64,000 nucleotides of DNA from Squalus acanthias (GCA_030390025.1 CM059438.1:63862001-63926000), one strand, 5' to 3'. Counted from the stretch's first letter, positions 24,541-38,716 are shown. The notes: a model not told the origin generated them from the letters alone. Program-made: numbers and translations.

Positions 24541-25660
24541 GTTTACTGCATTTCCGAGTTTTGTGTTGGAACTGCGTGTGTGTATCTTTTTTTTTGAGTG
24601 GTGGTATTAGTATAATTGATAAGGTGAGAATCGCTGATTTTGTGAAAATATCTCTAGCCTGTTTGTGTAACTGCAGTGTCATTGATTACCAATAGTGGCT
24701 GTCCATAAATCGAGAATACGCTAAACAATTGTCGGTCTTGAACTTCAGTTTTCCAACCTGTCCCTGGTTTGGCAAATTGACACATTTCTTAATATTTTTT
24801 CAATGAAAAATGCATCCTGGCTATGACAGATGGTGGTGGGAACTGAAAGCGGGAGAAACTAATTAATTGCACAGGCTTGTTTATGTACATATATATAGCA
24901 GGGATGACAGTAATGATTTGGATTCATTCCCTGTATCAAAAGTTCATCTGGTTGGTATCCAAAGCACATGTTGAGAACTCCATTGCATTTTATTTTGCAA
25001 ATCCAACAGCAAAACCTGAATTAAAGTTATCTCAATTATTTGAATTCTGACCGGTTCTTGTAAAATGCATCAAAACTCAGTATGTTTGTATACATCCAGC
25101 TATTTCCAGGTTAGTTCGATCACGTGTTGTTTAAAAATTGCGGCTCAAGGTGCCTCTTTGAGTGTGTGGGCATTACTTCGGATGCTGGTATGTGGATGTG
25201 GTGGTGTTCAGTGCTTTTGGCAGAAGGTGTCAAACTATGTATTTGGAACGTGGTTGCCAGCGCATCTGAGCACTGCCAACCTGTCTCAAGGATAGAGTCC
25301 GCCAAGGGAAAGGAATAAGTACTGAAGAGACGCACTGGATCTCCTGCTGTTGGCAGGATGCACAGAAATAGAGCGATGGGAATAGGCTTTAAACCTTCCT
25401 CTTGTAAATGAGGATATGTGGCAATGTTGCTGGCAATGACTCACTGAACATCTTGAATAGTTGATTGGGCTAAGTGCGTAAAGATTTTGAAAGACCGCTC
25501 TTAACAGAATTCCAATCAAGAACGCTGATTAATCTCCATATGCCAGTTTTCTTCCCGTTATAACCCTTTGGATTTAGCTGATGAGAACATCTGCAAGTGT
25601 GTGAGTGTGTCTCCTTGTGTGTTTCTTTCTCCCTCTTTGTGTGTGTGTGTGTGTCTCTCT

Positions 25661-26015
25661 ACATTTAGGGTGGATGCTGGGAGAATGTTTCCCTTGGCTG
25701 GGGAGTCTAGAACCAGGGGCCACAGCCTCAGGATAAAGGGTAGGCCTTTCAGGACTGAGATGAGAAGAAATTTCTTCACACAGAGGGTGGTGAATATTTG
25801 GAATTCTCTGCCCCAGAGGGCTGTGGAGGCTCAGTCATTGGGTATATTCAAAACAGAAGTCGATAGATTTTTGACTAGTAAAGGCATCAAGGGATATGGC
25901 GATAGGGCCAGTGAATGGAGTTGAGGCAGAAGATCAGCCATGATCTCATTGAATGGCGAAGCAGGCTCGAAGGGCCGAATGGCCTACTCCTGCTCCTATT
26001 TCTTATGTTCTTATG
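25661..26015 (+). mobile_element. CR1 LINE 3' end
   Basis: SRTRGHSLRIKGRPFRTEMRRNFFTQRVVNIWNSLP; (TTCTTATG)n tail. Confidence 0.93.
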
Positions 26016-26393
26016 TGTGGGGTGGGTGGGGGGTGCGGGGAGGTGATGGTGCAGCTGTGTGTCTACCTCGGTGTGTATGTGTCTCTGTGTATGCGTGGCT
26101 GTGCGTCTCTGTCTCTCTCTTGTACTAAAATGACAATATAACTGACTAAAATGTTCACACACTCGCTAAAGTTTCTTCAGGTTGCGGGTAGATTCTTTTG
26201 GGCCATGCTGGGAGTTCAATACAGACATCGTCCTGTAGCTGGCAATATATTTTGACACCAGTTGCACTCCTGTTATATACTGAGGAACACACAGACCAGC
26301 AGGAGAAAGAGCATCGTCGCACTCTCGTAGTTCTTTAATGTTAACAAGGTCACAAGAGAATTGAAAAGCTAAGAGCTGTGGACGAGCAGAGAG

Positions 26394-29300
26394 ATCATAG
26401 AATCATAGAATCATAGAAAGTTACAGCATGGAAGGAGGCCATTTCGGCCCATCGTGTCCACGCCGGCCAACAAAGAGCTATCCAGCTTAATCCCACTTCC
26501 CAGCTCTTGGTCCGTAGCCCTGCAGGTTAGAGCATCCCAAGTGCATATCCAAGTACTTTTTAAATGTGGTTAGGGTTCCTGCCTCTACCACCCTTTCAGG
26601 CAGTGAGTTCCAGACCCCCACAACCCTCTAGGTGAAGAAATTTCCCCTCAAATCCCCTCTAAACCTTCCACCAATTACTTTAAATCTGTGCCCCCTGGTT
26701 TTTGACCCCTCTGCTAAGGGAAATAGGGCCTTTCTATCCACTTTATCTATGCCCCTCATAATTTTATACACCACAATAATGTCTCCTCTCGGCTTCCTCT
26801 GTTCCAAGGAAAACAGACCCAGCCTATCCAGTCTTTCCTCATAGCTAAGATTCTCTACTCCAGGCAACATCCTTGTAAATCTCCTCTGTACCCTCTCTAC
26901 TGCAATCACATCTTTCCTGTTATGTGGTGACCAGAACTGCACGCAGTACTCTAGCTGAGGGCTAACTAGTGTTTTATACAGTTCAAGCGTAATCCCCCTG
27001 CTCTTGTATTCTATGCCACGGCTAATAAAGGCAAGCATTCCGTATGCCTTCTTAACCACCTTATCTACTTGGCCTGCTACCTTCAGGGATCTGTGGACAT
27101 GCACTCTAAGGTCCCTTTTTTTCCTCTACACTACTCAGTGTCCTACCATTTAATGTGTATTCCCTTTCCTTGTTAGCCCTCCCCAAATGCATTACCTCAC
27201 ACTTCTCCGGATTCAATTCCATTTGCCACTGTTCTGCCCACATAAGAACATAAGAACATAAGAAATAGGAGCAGGAGTAGGCCAATCGGCCCCTCCAGCC
27301 TGCTCCGCCATTCAATAAGATCATGGCTGATCTGATCCTAACCGCCAATCTACTATCTACTATCACAGAACCATCTCCTGCATCTAACAGAATTGCACAC
27401 ACGAAATAGGAGCAGAATCAGGCTACACGGTCCCTGGGCCCGCTCCACTACCCACAGGGCCATGACCGATCCGAACCTAGACTCATGTCCAAATTCCTGC
27501 CCGCTCCCCGTAACCCTTAATTCCCTTTACTTCTAGGAAACTGTCTATTTCTGTTTTAAATTTATTTAATGATGTAGCTTCTACAGCTTTTTGTGGCAGC
27601 ATATTCCATGGACCTACCACCCTCTGAGTGAAGTAGTTCCTCCTCATCTCAGTTTTGAAAGAGCAGCCCCTTATTCTAAGACTATGTCCCCTAGTTCTAG
27701 TCTCACCCTGTCATCAGGAACATCCTCCCGCATCCACCCGATCCAACCCCTTCACAATCTTATATGTTTCAATAAGATCGCCTCTCATTCTTCTGAACTC
27801 CAATGAGTAGAGTCCCAATCTACACAACCTCTCCTCATATGACCACCCCCTCATCCCCGGGATTAACCGAGTGAACCTTTTTTGCACTGCCTCGAGAGCA
27901 AGGATGTCTTTCCTTAAGTAAGGACACCAAAACTGTATGCAGTATTCCAGGTGCGGTCTCACCAATACCTTGTACAACTGAAGCAATACCTCCCTATTTT
28001 TATATTCTATCCCCCTAGCAATGAAAGCCAACATTCCATTTGCCTTCTTAATCACTTGCTGCATCTGCATACTAACCTTTTGAGTTTCGTGCACCAGGAC
28101 CCCCAGATCCCTTTGCACTTCAGTACTCTCCAGTTTCTTGCCATTAAGATAATAAATTGCTCTAGATTTTTCCTGCCAAAGTGCATCACCTCACACTTTC
28201 CAGTGTTGTATTCCATCTGCCAAATCTCTGCCCACTTACTTAGTCTGTCTATGTCCCCTTGCAGGTTTTTTATGTCCTCCTCACTCACTACTTTCCCTCC
28301 CATCTTTGTATCATCTGCAAATTTTGATATGTTACACTTGGTCCCTTCCTCCAAATCGTTAATATAGATTGTAAAGAGTTGGGGACCCAGCACTGACCCC
28401 TGTGGAACACCACTAGTTACTGATTGCCAGTCTGAGAATGAACCATTTATCCCAACTCTTTGCTTTCTGTTAGATAGCCAATCCTCTATCCATGCCAGAA
28501 TATTACCCCCAATCCCGTGATTTTTTACCTTAAGCAATAATCTTTTGTGTGGCACCTTGTCAAATGCCTTTTGGAAGTCTAAATACACTACGTCCACTGA
28601 TTCCCCTTTATCCACTCTATATGTTACTTCCTCAAAGAACTCCAGCAAATTTGTCAAACATGACTTCCCCTTCGTAAAACCATGCTGACTTTGTCCTATT
28701 AAATTATGATTATCCAAATGTCCTGTTACTGTTTCCTTAATAATGGACACGAAAATTTTACCTACCACAGATGTTAGGCTAACCGGTCTATAGTTACCAG
28801 CCTTCTGTCTACTGCCCTTTTTAAATAAGGGTGTTACATTAGCAGTTTTCCAGTCTGCCGGGACCTTAGCGGAATCCAGGGAGTTTTGAAAAATTATTAC
28901 CAATGCATCTACAATCCCTACCGCCACTTCCTTCAAGACTCTAGGATGTAAGCCATCAGGTCCAGGTGATTTATCCGCCTTGAGTCCCATTATTTTACCG
29001 AGTACCACTTCCTTAGTGATTTTGATCGTGTTTAGCTCCTCTCCCCCTATAGCCCCCTGTTTGTCCAGTGTTGGGATATTCTTAGTGTCCTCTACTGTAA
29101 AGACTGACTGACCAATTTATTGATATCTTCCTGCAGTCTACAGCTTCCTTCTTCAGTATCAAACACACAGCCAATTTTAGTATCATCTGCAAACTTCTTA
29201 ATCACACCCCCTATATTGAAGTCAAGATCATTGATATATACCACAAAAAGCAAGGGACCTAGTACTGCGCCCTGCGGAACCCCACTGGAAACAGCCTTCC

Positions 29301-29562
29301 AGTCACAAAAACACCCATCAGCCATTACCCTCTGCTTCCTGTCTCCGAGACAGTTTTGAATCCAACTTGACACTTTGCCCTGGATCCCATGGGCTTTTAT
29401 CTATGTGACCAGTCTGCCATGTGGAACCTTATCAAAAGCCTTGCTAAAGTCCATATACACTACATCAAACACACTACCCTCATCTACCCTCCTTGTTACC
29501 TCCTCAAAAAATTCAATCAAATTTGTCAGACATGACCTTCCCTTAACAGATCCGTGCTGACT
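26394..29562 (-). mobile_element. CR1 LINE (RT to 3' end) split by a second CR1; pieces 26394-27241 and ~29108-29562
   Basis: GVPQGAVLGP..FADDTK, LEYCVQFWSP; (ATCATAGA)n tail; homologous to the 35968 copy. Confidence 0.93.
27242..29107 (-). mobile_element. CR1 LINE, 5'-truncated, near-intact RT, with a duplicated 3' tail
   Basis: ORF 28052-29008 (KSPGPDG..YRPVSLTS..LDFQKAFDKV..GVPQGSVLGP..FADDTK) continues in ORF 27714-28118. Confidence 0.95.
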
Positions 29563-29564
29563 AT

Positions 29565-30400
29565 TTGGGGCTCCAAGTACAGAGATCACTAAAAGCCAGT
29601 GCAGAGGTACAAATTATATCTGAAAAGGTTAATGGACTGTTGGCCTTTATCTCAAGAGGGCTAGAATACAAAGGGGTGGAAGTTATGTTATATCTGTACA
29701 GACCCCATTTAGAGTACTGCGTTCAGTTCAGGGCACCAAACCTCAGGAAGGATATACTGGCCTTGGATGGGGTGCAGTGCAGATTCACCAGAATGATACC
29801 AGGGCTAAAAGGGTTAACTTATGAGGCCAGGTTGTATAGACTCGGCTTGTATTCGCTTGAATCTAGAAGATTAAGGAACATAGGAACAGGAGTAGACCAT
29901 TTAGCCCCTCGAGCCTGTTCCGCCATTCAATGAGATTATGGCTGATCTGTATCTTAACTCCGTCCACCCGCCTCGGCTCCATATCCTTTTATACCCTTGT
30001 CTAACAAAAATCTATCGATCTCAGATTTAAAATTATTAATTGAGCTAACATCTACTGCTTTTTCTTGGGAGGGATTTCCACACTTCTACCACCCTTTGCT
30101 TTCCTAAATTCTCTCCTGAATGGCTTGGCTCTGATTTTAAGGTTATGTCCCCTAGACCTCATAACCAAACCTTTTACTCTTGGGATCAGCTTTCTGGCTC
30201 TTCTCGGCACTGCCTCCAATGTTTGAAAGTCTCCCTTGTGTCTTGGTGACCACAACTGGACACAATGCTCAAGGTGTGGTCTGACCAGAACAGGACTAAC
30301 GTTTGATCATGACTTCCTCTGTTTTTTAGCTATGTATTTCAACAATCTTTGCTGACTGTTGCTCTGCAATGGTTGGACATGTTGAGCTTCAAGTCTACAA
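29565..30400. mobile_element. Cluster of CR1 fragments (+ 29565-29872; - 29875-30155; - 30160-30400)
   Basis: RPHLEYCVQF..RLGLYSLE on +; CR1 tail and WSP..LEAV..RRA on -. Confidence 0.8.
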
Positions 30401-30715
30401 AGACTCCTAAGTTTCCTTCATCTTAAATCTATGTGTGTTGCTTCCTGTTTTAATATAAGCCCCAAGAATAGCACCTTTTACAACATCATAGTCTGTGCTA
30501 TCAGCAGGATTAACACGAGAAAATTCTCTGAGTGACACGGCCGCCCCATCCATTTTTGTCCCACTTATGTTGACCAGATGCCAATCCAAACATCTGGATA
30601 AATCTAATGAATCATTTATGGAAAATATCATCTCCATCTTGAAAACTTGGAATAAGATTTGATTTGATGAAATTGTATGCCTCAAGTTGCATAAGTCTCC
30701 CTATTTGGACTCATA

Positions 30716-31547
30716 GGGGACGATTTTCTCAGCCCCATGGAGGCAGGACTGCCGGGAAAATGGCAGAATTTGGGGGCGGGTAGCAAACTCGTCCTCAACC
30801 CGCCTCCATGCCATCTTCCCAGGAGGCGGGTAGCCGTCCCGCGCCGGGTCCCGTCTCCTTGGAGGCGGGAAGGGATTAAAGCCTATTAACTGCCTGTTAA
30901 CAGGTAGTTAACAGGCAGAAAATAGGATTATCCCCTTTTTGCCCTCACAAGTGCGGGCTTCCCGAAGGCTCCAAAACACGCCAGCTCAGTGAGTCGAGTA
31001 GTGGGTCTGCGGGGGTCGGGGGGGTGCAAAAGTGTGCTGTGAAGGTGAGTGATGGGTGCAAGAGTGTAGAGGTGAGTATCTGAGGTAAGTGCAAAGTGTT
31101 AGAAAAAGTGTACTTACCTTTGTTTCTTCCTGCAGGCTTCAGTCGGTTTCTATACGGAGAGTCTCGCACCTCCGTGTTGCAGATGAGAGATGTCCGTTGC
31201 ATTCTCAGATGCAACAAACATCTCAATCCTGTTAAAGAAAGAAGGTTGATGAGGTCTTGTATGCAAGATCTCATCAAACTGCAGAGATTGTCACTGTTTG
31301 ACAGCTTCACAGAGCTGTCAACGATGACAATTCATCTGTCAAAAATCTTTGACAGATGAAACGTCATATGTTGACGTGCTGTACAACCGGCTTTCCCTTA
31401 ATTGGCCTGCTAAACCCGCCGGGCGGGCTTAACAAGGTCAATCAAGGGAAAATAGCATGGGTTGGCCACAACTCGATGGAGGCGGGACTGAAACCCGACA
31501 AGCAGCAGTCCCGCCTCCAACCCGCCTCCATTCACAAAATCGCCCCC
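30716..31547. mobile_element. Harbinger-type MITE (~830 bp)
   Basis: TIR GGGGACGATTTT / AAAATCGCCCC with ATA on both flanks; repeated ggaggcggg subterminal motifs. Confidence 0.8.
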
Positions 31548-32435
31548 ATAGGGACAGGAGTAGGCCTTTCAGCCCCTCGAGTCTATTCCCTACTCAAGAA
31601 TGTAAAAGATAGTGTAGTATAGCTGAAACACAATACTAATGGCAAACAACTAAGCTGTTAAAATACGACTGCAACACAATAATAATTGAAACTATTTTCA
31701 TCATTATAAAAGAAATGGTTATTTGCAGTGCTATGTTTAATATGTACAAAATGATCTTGTTCCAATATTGTGCTAATCTATTCAACAAAAATACCAATTT
31801 TACTTAACCAAATGCAAAACTAATTGCATATAATTGTCTTTGATTAATTTTCATCTATAATATAGTTTCAGTACTATGGTTATTAATCATCATTAAGTTC
31901 TTATTTCACAATAATCTTATAAAACCCATACAAAAAATTATTATTTTATAGCATTTTTCACACGAATAATCATGAAAGTTGCTACAATTAATGTCAGGTG
32001 CAATATTTATCAGATTGCATTGAAATTATGTAAGCGTGGAGTGTTGGAAAGCAGATAGCTGATCTCATAAATAAAAATAATCTGAGTTTCAAATTCTATT
32101 AAACACAAGATGATTTCTGAAGGATTATTGTACCATAAGCAATAATCTTGTGCCTTTATTTCATCCTGGACAACATCCCCTCTTTAACTACTACCAGTTA
32201 AAATAAGATTAACTAGTTATTCATCTCTTTGCTGTGTGAGATGTTGCTGTGCGCACATCTCTGCCTTCTGTGTTAGTTGACGTGACATAACATATTTTTA
32301 AAAATTTGTTACACTCGCAAGGCTACATTTTTTGCCCATCCCTAGTTGCCCTTCTTGTAGCAATTGTTTGTACAATTGAATGGCTTGTTAGGCCACTTCA
32401 GAGGCGTTTAAGGATCAACCATGTATTGTGGACTA

Positions 32436-32761
32436 GTCTTTCGGATGAGTCGTTAAGCCGAGGCCCTGTCTGCTCTCTCAGGTGGACGTAAAAGATCCGA
32501 TGACACTATTTTCAAGAAGAGCAGGGGAGTTCTCCCCTGGTGTCCTGGCCAATATTTATCCCTCAACCAACATAACAAAAACAGATTATCTGGTCATTAT
32601 CACGTTGCCGTTTGTGGGAGCTTGCTGTGCGCAAATTGGCTGCCACGTTTCCCACATTACAACAGTGATTCCACTTCAAAAGTACTTCATTGACTGTAAA
32701 GCGCTTTGAGACGTCTGGTGGTCGTGAAAGGCGCTATATAAATGCAAGTCTTTCTTTCTTT
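32436..32761 (+). mobile_element. Deu-domain SINE, 5'-truncated
   Basis: Body and tail match the other copies. Confidence 0.9.
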
Positions 32762-32979
32762 AGAGTCGCATGGAGGGCAGGTCAGACAGGAGCGTTAGGA
32801 CCCCTTCCATGAAAAATATTAGTGAATCAGTTGAGTTTTTCCTGGTGCTAGCATACAAGTTAACGGATGGATTTCAGAATTTGCCATGGTGAGATTATGA
32901 ACTCATGTCTCATGGGTTAGAGTCATGATCACTGTATCATTCAAGTGCAAAGAGCATTACAAGACGTTATAGTTGTATA

Positions 32980-33285
32980 AAGGTAGATAGAGAGAAACTC
33001 TAGGAGAGTCCAGAACAAGGGGGCATAGCCTCTTTCCCCATAGCCCTGCAGTTTTTTTTCCTTTTCAAGTCTATATCTAATTCACTTTTGAAAGTTAGTG
33101 TTGAGTCTGTTTCCACCGTCCCTTTCAGTCAGAACAACTCGCTTGCCGTAAAAAAAAGTCTCCTCATCTCCCCTCTGGTTCTTTTGCCAATTATCTTAAA
33201 TCTGTGTCCTCTGGTTACCGACCCTTCTGCCAGTGGAAACAGGTTCTCGCTATCTACTCTTTCAAAACCCCTCACACTTTTGAAC
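32980..33285. mobile_element. Small CR1 fragments in both orientations
   Basis: gtagatagagagaaact..agaacaagggggcatag (+) followed by the reverse complement of the CR1 3' coding end. Confidence 0.65.
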
Positions 33286-35967
33286 CATTATCCATCAAGT
33301 CGTTTGAAATGCTTCTCAGTGACTTGGTAAGATGGTCTGTAAATGCAGGTTCTTTCTTTTATTTTAAATATTGATTGTCACATGGGTACGATGGCATAGT
33401 GGTTATGTTACTGGACTAATGATCTAGAGACATGAGTTCAAATCCCACCCCGCCAGCTGGGGAATTTAAATCCAGTTAATTAATTAAATTGGGATTAAAA
33501 AGCTAGTATCAGTAATGGTGACCATGAAACTATCGGATTGTCGTAAAAACCCATCTGGTTCACTAATGCCCTTTAGGGAAGGAAATCTGCCGTCCTTACC
33601 TAGTCTGGCCTGTCTGTGACTCCAGACCCACAGGAATGTGGTTGACTCTTAACTGCCCTCTGAAACGTCCTAGCAAGCCACTCAGTTGTACCAAAACTGT
33701 TAAGATTAAAACTGGACGGACCACCCGGCATCACCTAGGCACCGGCTTCGGACAGGATAACAGCAAACCCAGCCCAGTCGACCATGCAAAGTCCTCCTCA
33801 CATCTGGGGACTTGTGCCAAAATTGGGAGAGCTGTCCCCACAGACTAGTCAAGAAACAGCCTGACATAGGCATGTCCCAGACTCCTCCTACCGGCAGGAC
33901 ATATCCACCAGAGATGGTATACAGTCGGGAGGGAGTGGCACTGGGTGTCCTCAATATTGACTCCGGACCCCATGAAGTCTCATGACTTAAGGCAAGCTTG
34001 GGCAAGGAAACCTCCTGCTGATTACCACTTACCGCCCTCCCCCAACTGATGAATCAGTGCTCCTCCATGTTGAACACCACTTGGAAGAAGCACTGAGGGT
34101 AGCAAGGGCACAGAATGTACTCTGGGTGGGGGACTTCAATGTCCATCACCAAGAGTGGCTCAGTAGCACCACTACTGACCAAGCAGGCCCAGTCCTGAAG
34201 GACATAGCTGCCAGACTGGGCCTGCGGCAGGTGGTGAGAGAACCAACACGAGAGGAAAACCTACTTGACCTCGTCTTCACCAACCTACCTGTCGCAGATG
34301 CATCTGTCCATGACAGTATTGGTAGCAGTGACACCGCAAAGTCATTGTGGAGACGAAGTCCCGTCTTCACACTATGGACACCCTCCATCGTGTTGGGTGG
34401 CACTACCACCGTGCTAAATGGGATGGATTCAGAACTGATCTAGCAGCTCAAAACTCATCATCCATGAGGTGCTGTGGGCCATCAGCAGCAGCAGAATTGT
34501 ATTCCACCACAATCTGTAACCTCATGGCCTGGCATATCCTTCACTCTACCATTACCATTAAGCCAGGGGGCCAACCCTGGTTCAATGAGGAGTGCGGAAG
34601 AGCATGCCAGGCGTAGCTAAAAATGAGGTGCCAATCTGGGGAAGCTGCAATACAGGACTATATGCATGCTAAAAAGCAAAAGCAGCATGCTATAGACAGA
34701 GCTAAGCGATCCCCCAACCAACGGATCAGATCAAAGCTCTGCAGTCCTGCCACATCCAGTCGAGAAGGAGGCTCCATTAATATCCCCATCGTCAATGAGG
34801 GCAGAGCCCAGCACGTGAGTGCAAAAGACAAGGCTGAAGCGTTTGCAAACATCTTCAGCCAGAAGTCCTGAGGTCCCCACCGTCCCAGATGCCAGTCTTC
34901 AGCCAATTCGATTCACTCCATGTGACATTAAGAAACGGCCGAGCGCATTGGATAGAGCAAAGGCTATCGGCCTCGACAACATCCTCGCTATCGTGCTGAA
35001 GACTTGTGCTCCAGAACTAGCCGCATTTCTAGCCAAGCTGTTCCAGTACAGCTACGACAATGTGGAAAATTGCCCAGGTATGCCCTGTCCACAAAAAGCA
35101 GGACAAATCCAATCCAGCCAATTACCGCCACATCAGTCTACTCTCAATCATCAGCAAAGTGATGGAAGGTGTCGTCGACAGTGTTATCAAGTGGCACTTA
35201 CTCACCAACAACCTGCTCGCCGATGCTCAGTTTGGGTTCCGCCAGGACCACTCGGCTCCAGACCTCACTACAGCCTTGGTCCAAACAGGGACCAAAGTGC
35301 TGAATTCCAAAGGTGAGGTAAAAGTGACTGTTCTTGACATCAAGGCAGCATTTGACCGAGTGTGGCACAAAGGAGCCCTAGTAAAATTGAAGTCAATGTG
35401 AATCGGGGGAAAACACTTCACTGGCTGGAGTCATAACTAGCATCAAGGAAGATGGTTGTGGTTGTTGGAGGCCACTCAGGACATTGCAGCAGGAGTTCCT
35501 TAGGGTACTGTCCAACCATCTTCAGCTGCTTCATCAATGACCTTCCCTCCATCATAAGGTCAGAAGTGGGGATGTTTGCTGATAATTAACAGTGTTCAGT
35601 TCTATTCGCAACTCCTCAGATAATGAAGCAGTCCATGGCCTCATGCAGAAAGACCTGGACAATATTCAGGCTTGGGCTGTTAAGTGGCAGGTAACATTCG
35701 TGCCACACAAGTGCCAGGCAATGACTATCTCCAACAAGCGAGAGTCTAACCACTGCCCCTTGACATTCAGTGGCATTACCATCGCCGAATCTCCCAACAT
35801 CAACATCCTGGGGGTTACCATTGACAGGAAACTTAACTGGACCTGCCACATAAATACTGTGGCTACAAGAGCAGGTCAGAGGCTGGGTATTCTGCGGTGT
35901 CTCACCTCCTGTCTCCCCAAAACCTTTCTACCATCTACAAGGCACAAGTCAGAAGTGTGATGGAATA

Positions 35968-38430
35968 GAATCATAGAAATTTACAGCACAGAAGGAAGCC
36001 ATTCGGCCCATTTTGTCCGTGCCGGCCGACAAAGAGTTATCCACCCTAATCCCACTTTCCAGCACTTGGTCAGTAGCCTTGTAGGTTATGGCACTTCAAG
36101 TGCATATCCAAGTACTTTTTAAATGTGATGAGGGTCTCTGCCTCTACCACCCTTTCAGGCAGTGAGTTCCAGACCCCCACCACCCTCTGGGTGAAAAGAA
36201 TTCACCTCAAATCCCCTCTAAACCTCCGACCAATTACTTTAAATCTATGCCCCCTGGTTATTGACCCTTTTGTTAAGGGAAATAGGTCCTTCCTATCCAC
36301 TCTATCTAGGCCCCTCATAATTTTATACACCTCAATTAGGTCTCCCCTCAGCCTCCTTTGTTCCAAAGAAAACAACACCAGCCTATCCAATCGTTTCTCA
36401 TAGCTAAAATTCCCCAGCCCAGGCAACATCCTCGTAAATCTCCTCTGCACCCCTTCTAGTGCAATCACATCCTTCCTGTAATGTGGTGACCAGAACTGCA
36501 CGCAGTATTCTAGCTGTGGCCTAACTAGTGTTTTATACAGTTCAAGTATAACCTCTCTGCTCTTATATTCTATACCTCGGCTAATAAAGGCAAGTATCCC
36601 GTATGCCTTCTTAACCACCTTATCTACCTGTCCTGCTACCTTCAGGGATCTGTGGACATGCACTCCAAAATCCCTCTGATCTTCTGCACTTCTTAGTGTC
36701 TTATCTTTTATAGTGTATTCCCTTGCCTTGTTAGCCCTCCCCAAATGCATTGCCTCACACTTCTCCAGATTGAATTCCATTTGCCATTGTTCTACCCACC
36801 TGACCAGTCCATTGATATCTTCCTGCAGTCTGCAGCTTTCTTCTTCATTATCAACCACATGGCCAACTTTTGTATCATCTGCAAACTTCTTAATCATACT
36901 TCCTACATTCAAATCCAAATCATTGATATATACCACAAAAAGCAAAGGACCCAGTACTGAGCCCTGCGGAACCCCACTGGTAACAGCCTTCCAGTCACAA
37001 AAACACCCTTCGACCATTACCCTTTGTTTCCGGCCTCTGAGCCAATTTTGGATCCAACTTGCCACTTTGCCTTGGATCCCATGGGCTTTTACTTTCATGA
37101 CCAGACTGCCATGTGGGACCTTATCAAAAGCCTTGCTAAAATCGATATAGACTACATCAAATGCACTACCCTTATCGACCCTCCTTGTTACCTCCTCAAA
37201 AAATTCAATCAAGTTAGTCAGATACGACCTTCCCTTAACAAATCCATGCTGACAGTCCCTGATTAATCCGTGTCTTTCTAAATGAAGATTTATGCTGTCC
37301 CTCAGAATTTCTTCCAATAATTTTCCCACCACCGAGGTTAGGCTGACTGGCCTGTAATTACTCGGTCTGTCCCTTTCTCCCTTTTTAAACAACGGTACCA
37401 TGTTAGCAGTCCTCCAGTCCTCTGGCACCACACCTGTAGCCAGAGAGGATTGGAAAATGATGGTCAGAGCCTCTGCTATTTCCTCTCTTGCTTCTCTTGT
37501 CCAAAAATGTGTGGGTTAGGTTGATTTGGCTATGATAAATTGACCCTTAGTGTTAGGGGGGATTAAATATGTGGGGTTATGGGGATAGGATGGGATATGT
37601 TAGGGGGAATTAAATACGTGGGGTTACGGGGGTAGGGTGGGATATGTGTACTGTGGGGATTAAAGCAGGGACAGGGTACTGGATTTGGATGATCAGCCAT
37701 GATCGTATTGAATGGCGGAGCAGGCTCGACGGGCCGAATGGCCTACTCCTGCTCCTAGATTCTATGTTTCTATGTTTCTATGTTAATAGTCTGGGATACA
37801 TTTCATCCGGACCTGGGGATTTATCCACTTTCAAAGATGCTAAACCCCTTAATACTTCCACTTTCACTTTGTGTATTTCATCTAATGTTTCACACTCCTC
37901 CTCCCTGATTGCAATGTCTGCATCGTCCCTCTCTTTTGTGAAAACAAACGCAAATTATTCATTAAGAACCATACCCATGTCTTCCGCTTTCACACACAGG
38001 TTACCTTTATGGTCCCTAATAGGCCCTACTCTTACTTTAGTTATCCTCTTGCTCTTAATATATTTATAAAAATCTTTGGGTTTTCCTTGATTTTACTTGC
38101 CAATATTTTTTCATGCCCTCTTTTTGTTTTCCTAATTTCCTTTTTAATTTCACCCCTGCACTTTCGATATTCCTCTGGGCTTTCTGCAGTATTGAGTCCT
38201 TGGTATCTGTCATAAGCTTCCCTTTTTTTCTTTATCCTACCCTGTGTGCCCCTTGACATCCAGGGAGCTCTAGATTTGTTAGTCCCACCCTTTTTCTTTA
38301 AGGGAACATACTTGCTCTGGACCCTCACTATCTCCTCCTTGAATGCCTCCCACTGCTCTGATACTATTTACCTTCAAGTTTCTGTCTCCAGTCCACTTTG
38401 GCTAAATCACCTCTCAGCTTAGAAAAATTA
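35968..38430 (-). mobile_element. CR1 LINE, 5'-truncated, inserted in family Z
   Basis: 409-aa open RT frame 36202-37431; GGAATA duplicated at 35962-35967 / 38431-38436. Confidence 0.95.
37499..37782 (+). mobile_element. HE1-like V-SINE 3' half with CR1-derived tail
   Basis: gtccaaa.atgtg..ggttagg..gatt.ggctatg.taaattg.cccttagtgt V-domain end (recalled) followed by a CR1 tail and (TTCTATGT)n. Confidence 0.7.
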
Positions 38431-38716
38431 GGAATACTCTCCACTTGCCTGAGTGCAGCTCCAACAACACTCAAGAAGCTCGACATCATCCAGGACAATG
38501 CAGCCTGCTTGATTGGCACCCCATCCACCACCTTAAACATTCATTCCCTCCATCACTGGCACACCGTGGCTGCAGTGTGTACCATTTACAAAATGCACTG
38601 CAGCAACTCGCCAAGGCTTCTTTGTCAGCACCTCCCAAACCTGCGACCTCTACCATCTAGAAGGACAAGGGCAGCAGGCACAAGGGAACACCATCACCTC
38701 CAAGTTCCCCTCCAAG

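Noticed and set aside
31096..31359. Exon after ttcctgcag at ~31136
   Set aside because: Lies inside a MITE with internal palindromes; no recognisable protein
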